A stretch of DNA of 64,000 nucleotides from Parcubacteria group bacterium (GCA_943356745.1 CALRFT010000001.1:207193-271192), one strand, 5' to 3'. Positions 40,190-49,567 are shown, counted from the first letter of the stretch. The notes: generated by a model from the sequence alone, not told the origin. Program-made: numbers and translations.

Positions 40190-40966
40190 TTAATTCTCAT
40201 CTAAAGTTTTTTCTTCTTCAGAAACCTCTAACTCTGGAGTTATATTTTCTGAAGAAAGAATAACAACTCCCTGATCTGAATATTCATATACAAAGCTTGT
40301 AATATTTTGAATGTGTCCGTCTTCATATGTAACAATTCCAGAATTTGCTTGACTATCTATTACAAGATTAACAACATACCAAGTTCCACCAAGTACAGGT
40401 TCTTCTGAAAAAAGTGTTTGGATATTTTCTCGAACATACTTTTCAACTGTAATTTTTTCTGTTAGTTCATCACAAGAAATTGAAGGTAGAGTTTGTGAAT
40501 AATTTATATTTTCTTTATCAGCATAAACATAAACACCATCACCCCTATCTACCATTTCTCCAAAACCAATTTTTGCTTCTATTGGATTAAATTCAAAATA
40601 AAATTCTTCAGCAGTAGTCATACCTTCTGCGACAGCTGTCATGTAAGTATTTGCCTGTAAGTATGTTGGATTTTGCACGTCAAGAGATATAGCTCCAATA
40701 AAATCACCCTTTTTACTATCTTTTTCTGCGGGAATGTTTGAATATTGACCGGAAACAGAAAACACACCTGTTTCTCCACTGGTATTTTCAACACGAAGCC
40801 AAGTTCTATCTTGAAATCCACTTTCTAAATTATTTTCCTGATAAAAACAAAGAGATTGAAAAGTCTCCCCAGCAATTTCTTGTTCTTCTGAAGTTTTTGA
40901 ACTTGAAATAATAAAAAATATAGCGAATGCTGCAATAACAGCGAGTATGATTAGTATCTTTTTCAT
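40190..40966 (-). CDS. Secreted hypothetical protein
   Basis: 258 aa with an N-terminal hydrophobic signal/anchor; Gly/Tyr/Thr-rich. Confidence 0.5.
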   Translation of the reverse strand: MKKILIILAVIAAFAIFFIISSSKTSEEQEIAGETFQSLCFYQENNLESGFQDRTWLRVENTSGETGVFSVSGQYSNIPAEKDSKKGDFIGAISLDVQNPTYLQANTYMTAVAEGMTTAEEFYFEFNPIEAKIGFGEMVDRGDGVYVYADKENINYSQTLPSISCDELTEKITVEKYVRENIQTLFSEEPVLGGTWYVVNLVIDSQANSGIVTYEDGHIQNITSFVYEYSDQGVVILSSENITPELEVSEEEKTLDEN

Positions 40967-41394
40967 GAGAAAATTATACCATAGAAAAAGTATTGCTTTT
41001 TCCGCTAGTTTTGCTAATATGATACCCGAACCAAAACCTTATTAAAACTATATGATTATTGTCATTATAGACATTCCTCGACCGCTGTATCACCACATGG
41101 TACCTTTTGAGGAATCAATCATTATTGTTGAACTTGTTTCTCCCGAAAACATAAACCAAACCACCCTTCGGGAATCAGGCTTTGTTATTTCAAACGAATA
41201 CTCACCAGCATATCTCAAAGAAACGCTCGTGGTAGATTTACCGGCAATGCAGCATAAGAATCGAAAAATTTTGTTAGATATTAATATCAACAAAACTACT
41301 TCCAAAAGCCACGTGCAGATGGAAGACATCCTCGAGTCAGAGCTCAAAAAGCCGCCAAAAAAAACAAACAAAAACCCGCCGAACGGCGGGTTTT

Positions 41395-41709
41395 TTATTG
41401 TGCTAGATAAGCAACAATAATTTCCTTTGACTTTTGGATGTGATTCAAAATAAATGAAATAGATCCTCCCCAAAAACAAAGAACATACAAACACTGAATA
41501 AAAGATAGAAATTGACTTTTGTTTGTTTTGCGTGTAACAGAATCCATAATTGAATCTACTGTCTGTAAAAAATTATCTGAGGAACTATTTTGTTTTGGTT
41601 CACATATTGTCGCGTGGACCACACCAAGAATAAGACCTATTGCAATAAGAATTACTGATTCTTGCATTTGCATCATGAGGTTTTGTTTTAGATTTCCCCC
41701 ATTAAACAC
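41395..41709 (-). CDS. Hypothetical small membrane protein
   Basis: 104-aa ORF ending at the 41375-41396 terminator; preferred over the overlapping + strand ORF 41052..41420, which reads through the hairpin. Confidence 0.3.
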   Translation of the reverse strand: MFNGGNLKQNLMMQMQESVILIAIGLILGVVHATICEPKQNSSSDNFLQTVDSIMDSVTRKTNKSQFLSFIQCLYVLCFWGGSISFILNHIQKSKEIIVAYLAQ

Positions 41710-41737
41710 CGAATCTTATTGAAAAGCAAGCAACAAA

Positions 41738-41765
41738 AAAAACACCCTTTCGGGTGTTTTTTTTG
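41738..41765. terminator. Bidirectional terminator (ACACCC-tttc-GGGTGT + T8) ending the ribosomal-protein operon after rplE
   Basis: 6-bp stem, A8 upstream and T8 downstream, immediately after the rplE stop. Confidence 0.75.
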
Positions 41766-42308
41766 TTAGTCCTTCTTAAATGGAAGTCCGATAAAATCAA
41801 AGTATGCTTTTGCTTCTTCTTTTGTTTTTGCTGTTGTTACAAAAGTAATTGCAAATGAAAATACATCTTTCAATTCTTCGTTTCCTGTTTCAGGAAAGAT
41901 TGTGTGTTCTTTGATACCAAGAGTAAGGTTACCCATGTTATCAAGTGCTTCTCGTTTAAATCCACGGAAGTCCTTTGTTCGAGGAACTGCAATGTGGATA
42001 AATTTATCGAGGAAGTTGTACATTTGATCACCTCGAAGCGTTACCGCAAGTCCGATTGGTTCTCCTTGTCGTAGTTTAAATCCAGCGTTTGATTGCTTTG
42101 CCGCTCGAACAGAAGGTTTTTGTCCAGTAATTTTTGCAAGTCGATCACCGATGAAATCATTGATCTTCTTGTCCATTTTTACCTTTCGCCCTGTTCCTGT
42201 TGAAACTACAATTTTTGTAAGTTTTGGAGCTTCCAATTTGTTTGTATATCCAAATTGTCCTTTGAGCGCTTCAAACACTTTCTTATCTTTTTGCTTTACA
42301 GATTCCAT
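41766..42308 (-). CDS. rplE: 50S ribosomal protein uL5
   Basis: 180 aa; matches the L5 family throughout. Confidence 0.9.
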   Translation of the reverse strand: MESVKQKDKKVFEALKGQFGYTNKLEAPKLTKIVVSTGTGRKVKMDKKINDFIGDRLAKITGQKPSVRAAKQSNAGFKLRQGEPIGLAVTLRGDQMYNFLDKFIHIAVPRTKDFRGFKREALDNMGNLTLGIKEHTIFPETGNEELKDVFSFAITFVTTAKTKEEAKAYFDFIGLPFKKD

Positions 42309-42313
42309 ATGTT

Positions 42314-42619
42314 TTATTTGAGCTCAGCTCCACTTTTCTTACTAATTCGTACGTTTTTTCCGTCGACCTTCTTTACACCAATTCGTGTAGGTTTATTTGT
42401 TTTAGGATCAACAATCATCACATTTGAAGCGTTGATTGGTGCACTAAACTTAACTTGTTTATCAGTGTCTTTTTGTCGTGTTTTTCGGTTCTTAAGCATT
42501 ACATTAACACCGTCAACAACAACTTTATTTTCTTCTCGTAACACAAGAGTAATAGTTCCCTTTTTTCCCTTGTCTTTACCAGTAAGAACAACAACTGTGT
42601 CTCCTTTTTTGAATTTCAT
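42314..42619 (-). CDS. rplX: 50S ribosomal protein uL24
   Basis: 101 aa; N-terminal KOW motif MKFKKGDTVVVLTGKDKGKKGTI. Confidence 0.9.
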   Translation of the reverse strand: MKFKKGDTVVVLTGKDKGKKGTITLVLREENKVVVDGVNVMLKNRKTRQKDTDKQVKFSAPINASNVMIVDPKTNKPTRIGVKKVDGKNVRISKKSGAELK

Positions 42620-42623
42620 ATAA

Positions 42624-42995
42624 TTACAAAACTTCTGGTGCTAATGAAATAATTTTTTGGTATCCACGTTCTCCGATTTCTCGAGGAATTGGACCGAAAA
42701 TACGACCTGCTTTTGGTTCTTTTTTGTTCTTGTCGATAATAACAACAGCGTTGTCATCGAAAGAAATATATGAACCGTCCTTTCGTCGGAAAGGTTTTCG
42801 TTGCCGCACAACAATTGCTGTGTGAACATCTTTTTTCTTAATAGTCTTTCGTGGTTCAGCCTTTTTAACTGAAATCACTACAAGGTCTCCGATTTCTGCG
42901 TATCGTCGTTTTGAACCTCCAAGGACCTTAAAGACTTTTGCATCTGTTCCTCCACCGTTATCGGTGATTTTTACGTTTGTTCCGTCTTGAATCAT
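42624..42995 (-). CDS. rplN: 50S ribosomal protein uL14
   Basis: 123 aa; MIQDGTNVKITDNGG...AIVVRQRKPFRRKDGSYISFDDNAVVII. Confidence 0.92.
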   Translation of the reverse strand: MIQDGTNVKITDNGGGTDAKVFKVLGGSKRRYAEIGDLVVISVKKAEPRKTIKKKDVHTAIVVRQRKPFRRKDGSYISFDDNAVVIIDKNKKEPKAGRIFGPIPREIGERGYQKIISLAPEVL

Positions 42996-43006
42996 AAGCC
43001 TTTATA

Positions 43007-43261
43007 TTATTTATTAATTACAATAAATGTTTTGTCCTTTGAGATTGGTCGACATTCTTGGATCTTTACAGTATCCCCAACCTTGTAAGTATTGTTTTCG
43101 TCGTGAGCCTTGTACTTTTTGTTGATTTTGTAAAACTTCTTGTATTTTGGATGTTTTACGAATCGCGGCACAGACACAACAACAGTTTTGTCTCCTTTGT
43201 CAGAAACCACAGTTCCTTGAAAGGTTTTTGCGTATTTAGTTGTAGTAGTATTATTTGTCAT
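43007..43261 (-). CDS. rpsQ: 30S ribosomal protein uS17
   Basis: 84 aa; [16 protein letters not shown]...[25 protein letters not shown]. Confidence 0.9.
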   Translation of the reverse strand: MTNNTTTTKYAKTFQGTVVSDKGDKTVVVSVPRFVKHPKYKKFYKINKKYKAHDENNTYKVGDTVKIQECRPISKDKTFIVINK

Positions 43262-43262
43262 A

Positions 43263-43451
43263 TTACTTTGTATCTCGTGCTTTAAGCTCAGTAAGAGCTC
43301 GCGCGATTGTCTTTTTTAGATTACTAATTTTTTTAGCATCTTTTGATCCAGCTCCTGCGAGATTGAATCGTTCTTTTCGAAGTGCTTCTTGAGAATCAGC
43401 AATAAGATCACGAAGTTCTTGTACTTCCATTTTGTTTATTTCTTTTGCCAT
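43263..43451 (-). CDS. rpmC: 50S ribosomal protein uL29
   Basis: 62 aa; coiled-coil; standard operon position. Confidence 0.85.
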   Translation of the reverse strand: MAKEINKMEVQELRDLIADSQEALRKERFNLAGAGSKDAKKISNLKKTIARALTELKARDTK

Positions 43452-43452
43452 A

Positions 43453-43893
43453 TTAGTTCTTTTTAGCTACTTCTTCTTTACTCACGACCTTTGTTGTACA
43501 TGGGAGTTTTGTTCCAGCTTTTCGGAGTGCTTCTCTCATGAGTTTTTCATCTACTCCTGATACTTCGAAGAGAATTCGCTTTGGGCGTACTTCGAAACAG
43601 TAGTATTTCAAATCTCCTTTTCCTTTACCCATACCTACTTCAGCAGGTTTTGCTGTAATCGGTTTGTCAGGGAAAATTCGAATCCAATATTTTCCTGCCT
43701 TTGTAAGTGCACGAACCATAGCCTTTCGAGCTGATTCGATTTGTGCTGACGTCACTCGTGACGGACTAGTTGCTTGAAGTCCAAACTCTCCAAACGCAAC
43801 AGTTGTCCCTCGAGTATCTGGTCGTGATCGCTGTTCAAGCGACTTTCGTCCAGTTTGCCATTTTCGATGTTTTGTCTTTTTTGGGAATAACAT
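43453..43893 (-). CDS. rplP: 50S ribosomal protein uL16
   Basis: 146 aa; MLFPKKTKHRKWQTGR... Confidence 0.92.
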   Translation of the reverse strand: MLFPKKTKHRKWQTGRKSLEQRSRPDTRGTTVAFGEFGLQATSPSRVTSAQIESARKAMVRALTKAGKYWIRIFPDKPITAKPAEVGMGKGKGDLKYYCFEVRPKRILFEVSGVDEKLMREALRKAGTKLPCTTKVVSKEEVAKKN

Positions 43894-43929
43894 GATAGTA
43901 CGTATTATGTTTAATAATTAGAGAGTTTA

Positions 43930-44595
43930 TTACTTTGAATCTTTTTCAAATACTTCACCCTTGTAAATCCAAACTTTGATTCCAAGTGTTCCGTATGAAA
44001 GTTTTGCTCGTTCTCGTGCAAAATCAATATCTGCTCGGAATGTTTGAAGAGGAATTGATCCTCGTTTTACTTCTTCTGAACGCGCCATTTCTGCTCCGTT
44101 AAGTCGTCCTCCGATAAGGATTCGAACTCCTTTTACTCCTCGAACAGCCATTACTTTGTCGAGTGTTTGTTTCATTACTCGTCGGAATGGAAGCCGTCGT
44201 TCAAGTCCTTCTACGATAGAGTATGCAACAATTGCTGCATCCGCATCTGGATTTTGAACTTCTGAGATATCAATTTTCAAATCTTCAGGAACTGGAAGTT
44301 TGTTTTTCTTCATCATTTCAACTACATCCTTTCGTAGTTTCTTTGCTCCTTCTCCAGCTCGACCAATGATAACTCCTGGTCGTGAAGTTTTGATAATGAT
44401 TCGCGCTCCTTTTGGACTTCGTTCGATTTCAACACCTGAAACAAAAGCGTTTCGGTATTTCTTCATAATGAAGTCTCGAATAGTCACGTCACCGATAAGG
44501 TAATCCTTGTATTCTTTTTTACCTGCAAACCATCGTGATTTCCAATCTCTTAGAATAACGAGTCGGTGTGCATATGGATGTACTTTTTTACTCAT
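43930..44595 (-). CDS. rpsC: 30S ribosomal protein uS3
   Basis: 221 aa; KH domain plus S3 C-terminal domain (GRLNGAEMARSE). Confidence 0.92.
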   Translation of the reverse strand: MSKKVHPYAHRLVILRDWKSRWFAGKKEYKDYLIGDVTIRDFIMKKYRNAFVSGVEIERSPKGARIIIKTSRPGVIIGRAGEGAKKLRKDVVEMMKKNKLPVPEDLKIDISEVQNPDADAAIVAYSIVEGLERRLPFRRVMKQTLDKVMAVRGVKGVRILIGGRLNGAEMARSEEVKRGSIPLQTFRADIDFARERAKLSYGTLGIKVWIYKGEVFEKDSK

Positions 44596-44600
44596 GGTGT

Positions 44601-45077
44601 TTAGTTTGTCTTTGAGTTGTTTTCTTTAGATTCGACCTTTTTAGTTGTTTTCTTTGTTGCTGTTTTCTTAGCCACTTTTTTTGTTGCTACTTTCTTTTCA
44701 GCTGGAGCCTTCACTTCTTTTGTAGCTTCAGCTTTGATTTTCTTTGAAGCTGCTTTTTCAGCCAAAATAACTGAAATGTTTGAAGTTCGCTTGTTGATTG
44801 GTGAAGCTGACCCACGAGCTCTTGCTCGGAATCGTTTCAAAGTAACACCTTGGTTTACTTCGAGTGACTTCACAATCAAGTTTTCAGCTTGCTTGCCGTC
44901 ATTGTTAATAGCATTTGATACAGCTGAGCGAATGAGTGTTCGAATGATTCGCGCTGCTTTCTTTGGCATGAAAGAAAGCATAACGTCTGCTTGAGCGACG
45001 TTCTTGCCCTTGACTGCATCTCCGACAAGTCGCACCTTTCGAGGCGACATTCGGTAGTTGTTTAAATACGCTTTCAT
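44601..45077 (-). CDS. rplV: 50S ribosomal protein uL22 with Lys/Ala/Thr-rich C-terminal extension
   Basis: 158 aa; MKAYLNNYRMSPRKVRLVGDAV... core; tail KKIKAEATKEVKAPAEKKVATKKVAKKTATKK. Confidence 0.9.
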   Translation of the reverse strand: MKAYLNNYRMSPRKVRLVGDAVKGKNVAQADVMLSFMPKKAARIIRTLIRSAVSNAINNDGKQAENLIVKSLEVNQGVTLKRFRARARGSASPINKRTSNISVILAEKAASKKIKAEATKEVKAPAEKKVATKKVAKKTATKKTTKKVESKENNSKTN

Positions 45078-45120
45078 AAATTGGGTTAAAAAGTTTAATT
45101 AATAGTTTTGTAGTGTAAAA

Positions 45121-45450
45121 CTACTTTGCTGACTTTGCAGCTTTAGCAGCAGAAATTTCTGCTTCTCGTTTCTTTTGTTCAAGCTCTTTCATAAGCTTAC
45201 CTCCGTGTCGATGGAAAGTCTTTGTTGGAGAAAATTCTCCAAGTCGATGTCCCACCATGTCTTCTGTAACGAAAACTTCAATGTGTTTCTTTCCATTGTG
45301 AACTCCGAACGTAAATCCAACCATTTCTGGAGAGATTTGAGATGCTCGTGCCCATGTTTTGATAACACTTGATTCTGAAGGTTTTTTTCCTTCAATCTTC
45401 TTAAGAAGTTTTGCGTCTACATACGGACCTTTTTTAAGTGATCGTGTCAT
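45121..45450 (-). CDS. rpsS: 30S ribosomal protein uS19
   Basis: 109 aa; [20 protein letters not shown]...[18 protein letters not shown]. Confidence 0.92.
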   Translation of the reverse strand: MTRSLKKGPYVDAKLLKKIEGKKPSESSVIKTWARASQISPEMVGFTFGVHNGKKHIEVFVTEDMVGHRLGEFSPTKTFHRHGGKLMKELEQKKREAEISAAKAAKSAK

Positions 45451-45654
45451 GTATTTGTGTGTTATGAATCCCTTTCAGGACCATTAAACTAATAATATTT
45501 GAGGGAAAAGTCTTTCCCAAAAACACAAAACCAGCAACGACGCGAGTGGTATTTACTCTTTCCTTTCGGAAGCGAGCCACATAGGCCATCGTGCCTGATT
45601 TGTATTCAATATTTCCTTTTATTTAAAGAAAACACGCTCAAAGATGAGCTGGAA

Positions 45655-45687
45655 GTATATTACCAAAATCCCCCCAAGGTGTCAACA
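45655..45687 (-). promoter_or_regulatory. Sigma70-type promoter (TTGACA-17 nt-TAATAT) driving rpsS-rplE, preceded on the minus strand by a terminator hairpin at 45690-45715
   Basis: Minus strand reads TTGACAccttggggggattttggTAATAT; ~200-nt leader to the rpsS ATG. Confidence 0.5.
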
Positions 45688-45954
45688 AAAGAAAAACCCT
45701 CTCTTAGAGGGGTTTATTCATGATTATATTTTTTTGAAGTAATATGCCAAGCTTCACATTCTGGGGAATAATAGGATCTTTTTGGTATTTTTTTTCTGGC
45801 TGTTTTCTTTTTCTTAAAAGAATTAACTCTTTCTTGTGCAATACGTCTACTCGGAAAAGATACTTTTCCGCACGTACAGATTGGATAGTATTCTTGTTCT
45901 ATGTATTTATTTTTTATTATTTTACATGTTTCTTATGTAAAATCAAACCATAAC

Positions 45955-45985
45955 AAAAACCCCATTGAGATGGGGTTTTTAAATA
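45955..45985. terminator. Bidirectional terminator (CCCCAT-tgag-ATGGGG + T5) downstream of the beta-rich gene
   Basis: 6-bp stem, A-run upstream, T5 downstream. Confidence 0.7.
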
Positions 45986-45998
45986 CAAAAAGGAACTA

Positions 45999-46865
45999 TT
46001 AATCTGATAAAGCTATTGTGAGATATCCTCTGATGGCGCGTTGTTCGTAGGAATAACCTCCACCTATGACACCACCGAGTTTGTAGTTTTTTATCTTGTA
46101 AGATTTTAAAACCCCAAACTCTCCTCGAGGAATTTCTTTTTGTCTATAGTCAAAACCAACATCCAGATAAGTTCCCCAATCCTGTGGTAAGGTAATCCAA
46201 GCAAAATATCCAAGGTGGGTTTGATTCAAAAAAGCGGTTGTTGAAATCTTTTCTAGATTTAACGTTATTGCCCCGCCCCAAGAATCTTGATTTTGGTTTA
46301 CCCAAACTGAAGTAAGAAATTTTTGCTTATGATTAAAACCAAGGTGAAATTCGCCCTGATTGTTTTTTCTTGCAACACTTCCTACAACTTTGTTTGTTAC
46401 GCCAATTTCAAACCGTGACGACAAAGCTCCCCCCGGTAATTGCGCTTTCGTCCAAGGTTCAAAATGACCCGCAAAGGAAACAGGGGGCGGTCGATGAAAC
46501 CAAGCACTCACTTGAGGTCCAAAACCATTGACCCAAAGAAACTTTTTTCCAAGACGAGTTTCAAAAACGAATGAATTTATCGTGCCTGAATAACCATCTG
46601 AGTTTTGATCTGTTGAGAAAAAAGTATTAAGACTGAAGATTCTGTTTATCGTGTATGCTGCATTAGCACCCACACGAAACCCTGTCCAATTTTCTACATA
46701 CAAACTGTCTATAGAAAAATTTGTAGCCTGAATCGCCCCAACATAAAGTTTCTTCAGAACCAAACTTGAATCTGGTGAGTAGATATTTGTAATTTGTGCT
46801 TTACCACAAACAAAGGCGAACACAAATAAAATCGCCATTAGATTTTTTAGAAATTCTTGTATCAT
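45999..46865 (-). CDS. Beta-strand-rich, aromatic/Gly-rich secreted protein with N-terminal signal peptide (outer-membrane beta-barrel-like), inserted between rplB and rpsS
   Basis: 288 aa; signal/anchor MIQEFLKNLMAILFVFAFVCGKAQ; alternating hydrophobic/aromatic pattern (GYFAWITLPQDWGTYLDVGFDY); own promoter and terminators. Confidence 0.55.
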   Translation of the reverse strand: MIQEFLKNLMAILFVFAFVCGKAQITNIYSPDSSLVLKKLYVGAIQATNFSIDSLYVENWTGFRVGANAAYTINRIFSLNTFFSTDQNSDGYSGTINSFVFETRLGKKFLWVNGFGPQVSAWFHRPPPVSFAGHFEPWTKAQLPGGALSSRFEIGVTNKVVGSVARKNNQGEFHLGFNHKQKFLTSVWVNQNQDSWGGAITLNLEKISTTAFLNQTHLGYFAWITLPQDWGTYLDVGFDYRQKEIPRGEFGVLKSYKIKNYKLGGVIGGGYSYEQRAIRGYLTIALSD

Positions 46866-46889
46866 TTCAAATAACTTTTTAATTTAAAA

Positions 46890-46922
46890 TGAATTTACTA
46901 TAAAAAACATGATTTGTCAACA
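46890..46922 (-). promoter_or_regulatory. Sigma70-type promoter (TTGACA-17 nt-TAAATT) for the inserted beta-rich gene
   Basis: Minus strand reads TTGACAaatcatgttttttatagTAAATT, ~25 nt upstream of the ATG at 46865. Confidence 0.45.
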
Positions 46923-46924
46923 TA

Positions 46925-46952
46925 ACAAAAACCACCCATTTGGGTGGTTTTT
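46925..46952. terminator. Bidirectional terminator (AACCACCC-attt-GGGTGGTT + T5) after rplB
   Basis: 8-bp perfect stem with A and T flanks, 10 nt downstream of the rplB stop. Confidence 0.75.
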
Positions 46953-46961
46953 GTTATGGTT

Positions 46962-47816
46962 TTATTTCTTTTTAGTTTGATTTCTCTTTGACTTTCGTCG
47001 TTCAAGAATCTTACCATTAGAATATTTCTTGCTCCGCCTAGTTTTCACTCCGTATGCAAGTTTTCCATGACGAGTTTTTGGTCCACGTCGTAGTCCGATT
47101 CCTTGTACTCCTTCTCCTCCTCCGTGTGGGTGATCCACAGGATTCATAGCAGTTCCTCGTACAGTTGGACGGATTCCTCGGTGTCGTGCTCGTCCCGCCT
47201 TACCCCAGTTTGTAAGTTTCCATTCAGAGTTTGAAATTTCACCTACTGTTGCCCATGACATTTCTGGTACTTTTCGGATTTCTCCTGAAGGCATCTTAAG
47301 AGATGCTGAACCTCCGTCGTGTGCAACCACTTGTACAAATGATCCAGCTGAACGAGCAAGTTTTGCTCCACCTTCCGGTCGTAATTCAACTGAGTTTACA
47401 AATGTTCCGACTGGAATATCTCGAAGCGGAAGACGATTCCCTTCTTCGATAAGAGCAGTTCTTGATGTAAGAACTTTCATTCCTTGCTTCATGTTCTTTG
47501 TTGCAAGAACATATCGCTTTTCTCCATCTGCATATGTGAGCAATGCTACGTATGCTGATCGGTTTGGATCGTACTCAATGTGAGTCACTTTCGCTGGAAT
47601 GTCTTTTTTAGTAAATCGAAAATCGATTTCTCGATAACTTCGTTTATGACCACCTCCCTTGTGAGGAGCAGTGATTCGTCCTTGGTTATTTCGTCCAGTT
47701 CCACGTTTGAATCCCTTTGTGAGACTCTTTTCAGAATGTGAGCGAGTCACAACCTTCTTGTATGAGATAACACTCATACCACGTCGTCCTGGTGTTGTTG
47801 GTTTAAATTTTTTCAT
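46962..47816 (-). CDS. rplB: 50S ribosomal protein uL2
   Basis: 284 aa; [22 protein letters not shown]... Confidence 0.95.
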   Translation of the reverse strand: MKKFKPTTPGRRGMSVISYKKVVTRSHSEKSLTKGFKRGTGRNNQGRITAPHKGGGHKRSYREIDFRFTKKDIPAKVTHIEYDPNRSAYVALLTYADGEKRYVLATKNMKQGMKVLTSRTALIEEGNRLPLRDIPVGTFVNSVELRPEGGAKLARSAGSFVQVVAHDGGSASLKMPSGEIRKVPEMSWATVGEISNSEWKLTNWGKAGRARHRGIRPTVRGTAMNPVDHPHGGGEGVQGIGLRRGPKTRHGKLAYGVKTRRSKKYSNGKILERRKSKRNQTKKK

Positions 47817-47888
47817 AGCTTTTTATCGGCAAGCAAATGCCTTAATGGTTTATTATCGGGAAACCCACCCCTAGTTCATAAAATAGGA

Positions 47889-48188
47889 TTAGATAAGTTC
47901 AATAGTGTCTCCTTTTTTAAGGTATACCATTGCTTTCTTACCTCCCCCTTTGTGTCCGAAAATTCCTCGTCTTGCTACTGGTTTGTATTTCAATGTTGAT
48001 GTAGTCACCTTCACTGGCACAACTCCGTAGAGGTCTTGGATAGCTTTCGCAATTTCGATTTTTGTAGCAGATGATGCAACATTAAATGTGTACACATTAT
48101 CTCCTGCAACTTTAGCTGCTTTTTCAGTCACTCGTGGTGAAAGAATAAGAGCACCTGGATTTTGAGTTTTTTGTTTCTTAGTTGCCAT
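47889..48188 (-). CDS. rplW: 50S ribosomal protein uL23
   Basis: 99 aa; standard position between rplD and rplB. Confidence 0.9.
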   Translation of the reverse strand: MATKKQKTQNPGALILSPRVTEKAAKVAGDNVYTFNVASSATKIEIAKAIQDLYGVVPVKVTTSTLKYKPVARRGIFGHKGGGKKAMVYLKKGDTIELI

Positions 48189-48193
48189 AGTTT

Positions 48194-48856
48194 TTATGCT
48201 AGTTTAGCTTCTAATACTTTTAAACTCGACTCAGGATTTTCGATAACCAAGTACTCGTGGTTAAGAATATCAAGCACATTCAAGTTTCGAACTTCATCCA
48301 TATCTACATATGAAATGTTGTTGTAACTCTTTCGTGCTGTTTCGTTTGATTCTACCAAAGCAATGTGTGCAACCTTCTTTGGAGAACCTGCGAGACGTTC
48401 AAATCCAGAAACACCTGAAAGTGATTTCAAAGTTTCAGCGGCTAGCTTTGTTTTGATTGCATCTTGTGCAAGAGAATCAACAAACAATACTTTTCCGTTT
48501 CGAAGCTTTTGTGATAGTACAACCACAAGAGCCTTTGCCTTCATTTTCTTAGTAAGTTTCTTTGAGTAATCTTTATCAGATCGTGGACCATGAGCCACTC
48601 CTCCTCCAACCCAGATTGGACTTCGTTTTGACCCGTGTCGTGCACGTCCTGTTCCTTTTTGTTTCCAAGGTTTTTTTCCTGTTCCAGAAACTTCAGATCG
48701 GTCTTTTGTATGAGCTGTTCCCGCACGTTGGTTTGACATCATTGCTGTTGCAACTTGGTGAACCAAGTCAGCATTCCAGTTAACGCCAAATACCTTATCA
48801 TTAAGAGATACTTTTCCAGCTTCTTTTCCGTTTTTGTTGTATACAATAGCTTCCAT
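48194..48856 (-). CDS. rplD: 50S ribosomal protein uL4
   Basis: Start set at MEAIVYNKNG (the ORF-track ORF begins 54 nt upstream); GTGKKPWKQKGTGRARHGSKRSPIWVGGG core. Confidence 0.88.
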   Translation of the reverse strand: MEAIVYNKNGKEAGKVSLNDKVFGVNWNADLVHQVATAMMSNQRAGTAHTKDRSEVSGTGKKPWKQKGTGRARHGSKRSPIWVGGGVAHGPRSDKDYSKKLTKKMKAKALVVVLSQKLRNGKVLFVDSLAQDAIKTKLAAETLKSLSGVSGFERLAGSPKKVAHIALVESNETARKSYNNISYVDMDEVRNLNVLDILNHEYLVIENPESSLKVLEAKLA

Positions 48857-48863
48857 ATATTTG

Positions 48864-49472
48864 TTAGCCTCGGATTTCAACGAGTGAACCTCGTCGTCCC
48901 GGAATAGCACCTTTAATGAGTAATTGATTGTTTACAGAATCGATCGCAAGAATGTTAAGGTTCTTAACAGAAATTCGATCTCCTCCCATACGACCTGCCA
49001 TTCGCATTCCTTTAAGCACTCGTTGGATACCTCCAGCACCAATTGATCCTGGTTCTCGTTCTGAGTGTTTTTGTCCGTGTGATCGTCGGCCTCCATGGAA
49101 ACCATGTCGCTTAACCACACCTTGGAATCCTTTTCCTTTTGAAGTTCCTGAAACTACGATAGTGTCTCCTTCTTTAAATGATTCAACAGTAATTACGTCT
49201 CCTCGTTTTAGATCGGCTCCACCTTCGAGTCGAAACTCCTTCACAATTTTGAAAGTTTCAAGTCCTTGCCACTCTCCTTTTTGTGCTTTGTTAGTTCTTT
49301 GTTCTTTTTGAGAACCAAAACCAACTTGAACTGCAGTGTATCCATCATTATCGCCAGACAAAACTTTTGTCACGGTAACTGGACCTGCGTTCACGATTGT
49401 TGCAGGAAACACTCGTCCCTCAGCATCAAAGTACTGAGTCATGCGTTCCTTTGTTCCTAATATAAATTTCAT
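48864..49472 (-). CDS. rplC: 50S ribosomal protein uL3
   Basis: Start set at MKFILGTKERMTQYFDAEG (matches the L3 N-terminus); the ORF-track ORF extends 54 nt further upstream. Confidence 0.88.
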   Translation of the reverse strand: MKFILGTKERMTQYFDAEGRVFPATIVNAGPVTVTKVLSGDNDGYTAVQVGFGSQKEQRTNKAQKGEWQGLETFKIVKEFRLEGGADLKRGDVITVESFKEGDTIVVSGTSKGKGFQGVVKRHGFHGGRRSHGQKHSEREPGSIGAGGIQRVLKGMRMAGRMGGDRISVKNLNILAIDSVNNQLLIKGAIPGRRGSLVEIRG

Positions 49473-49567
49473 GATAGTTAAGTTATGACGAAAGTCTGAA
49501 AGCGAAACGCTTCCAGACTTTGTCACATTGTAGCTATTCTTATTAATTAATTGCTAGTCGGGGGCGA

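Noticed and set aside
41052-41420. Plus-strand 122-aa ORF
   Set aside because: It translates straight through the 41375-41396 terminator hairpin (…NPPNGGFFIV). The minus-strand ORF 41395..41709, which ends at the terminator, was preferred, though both have low confidence.
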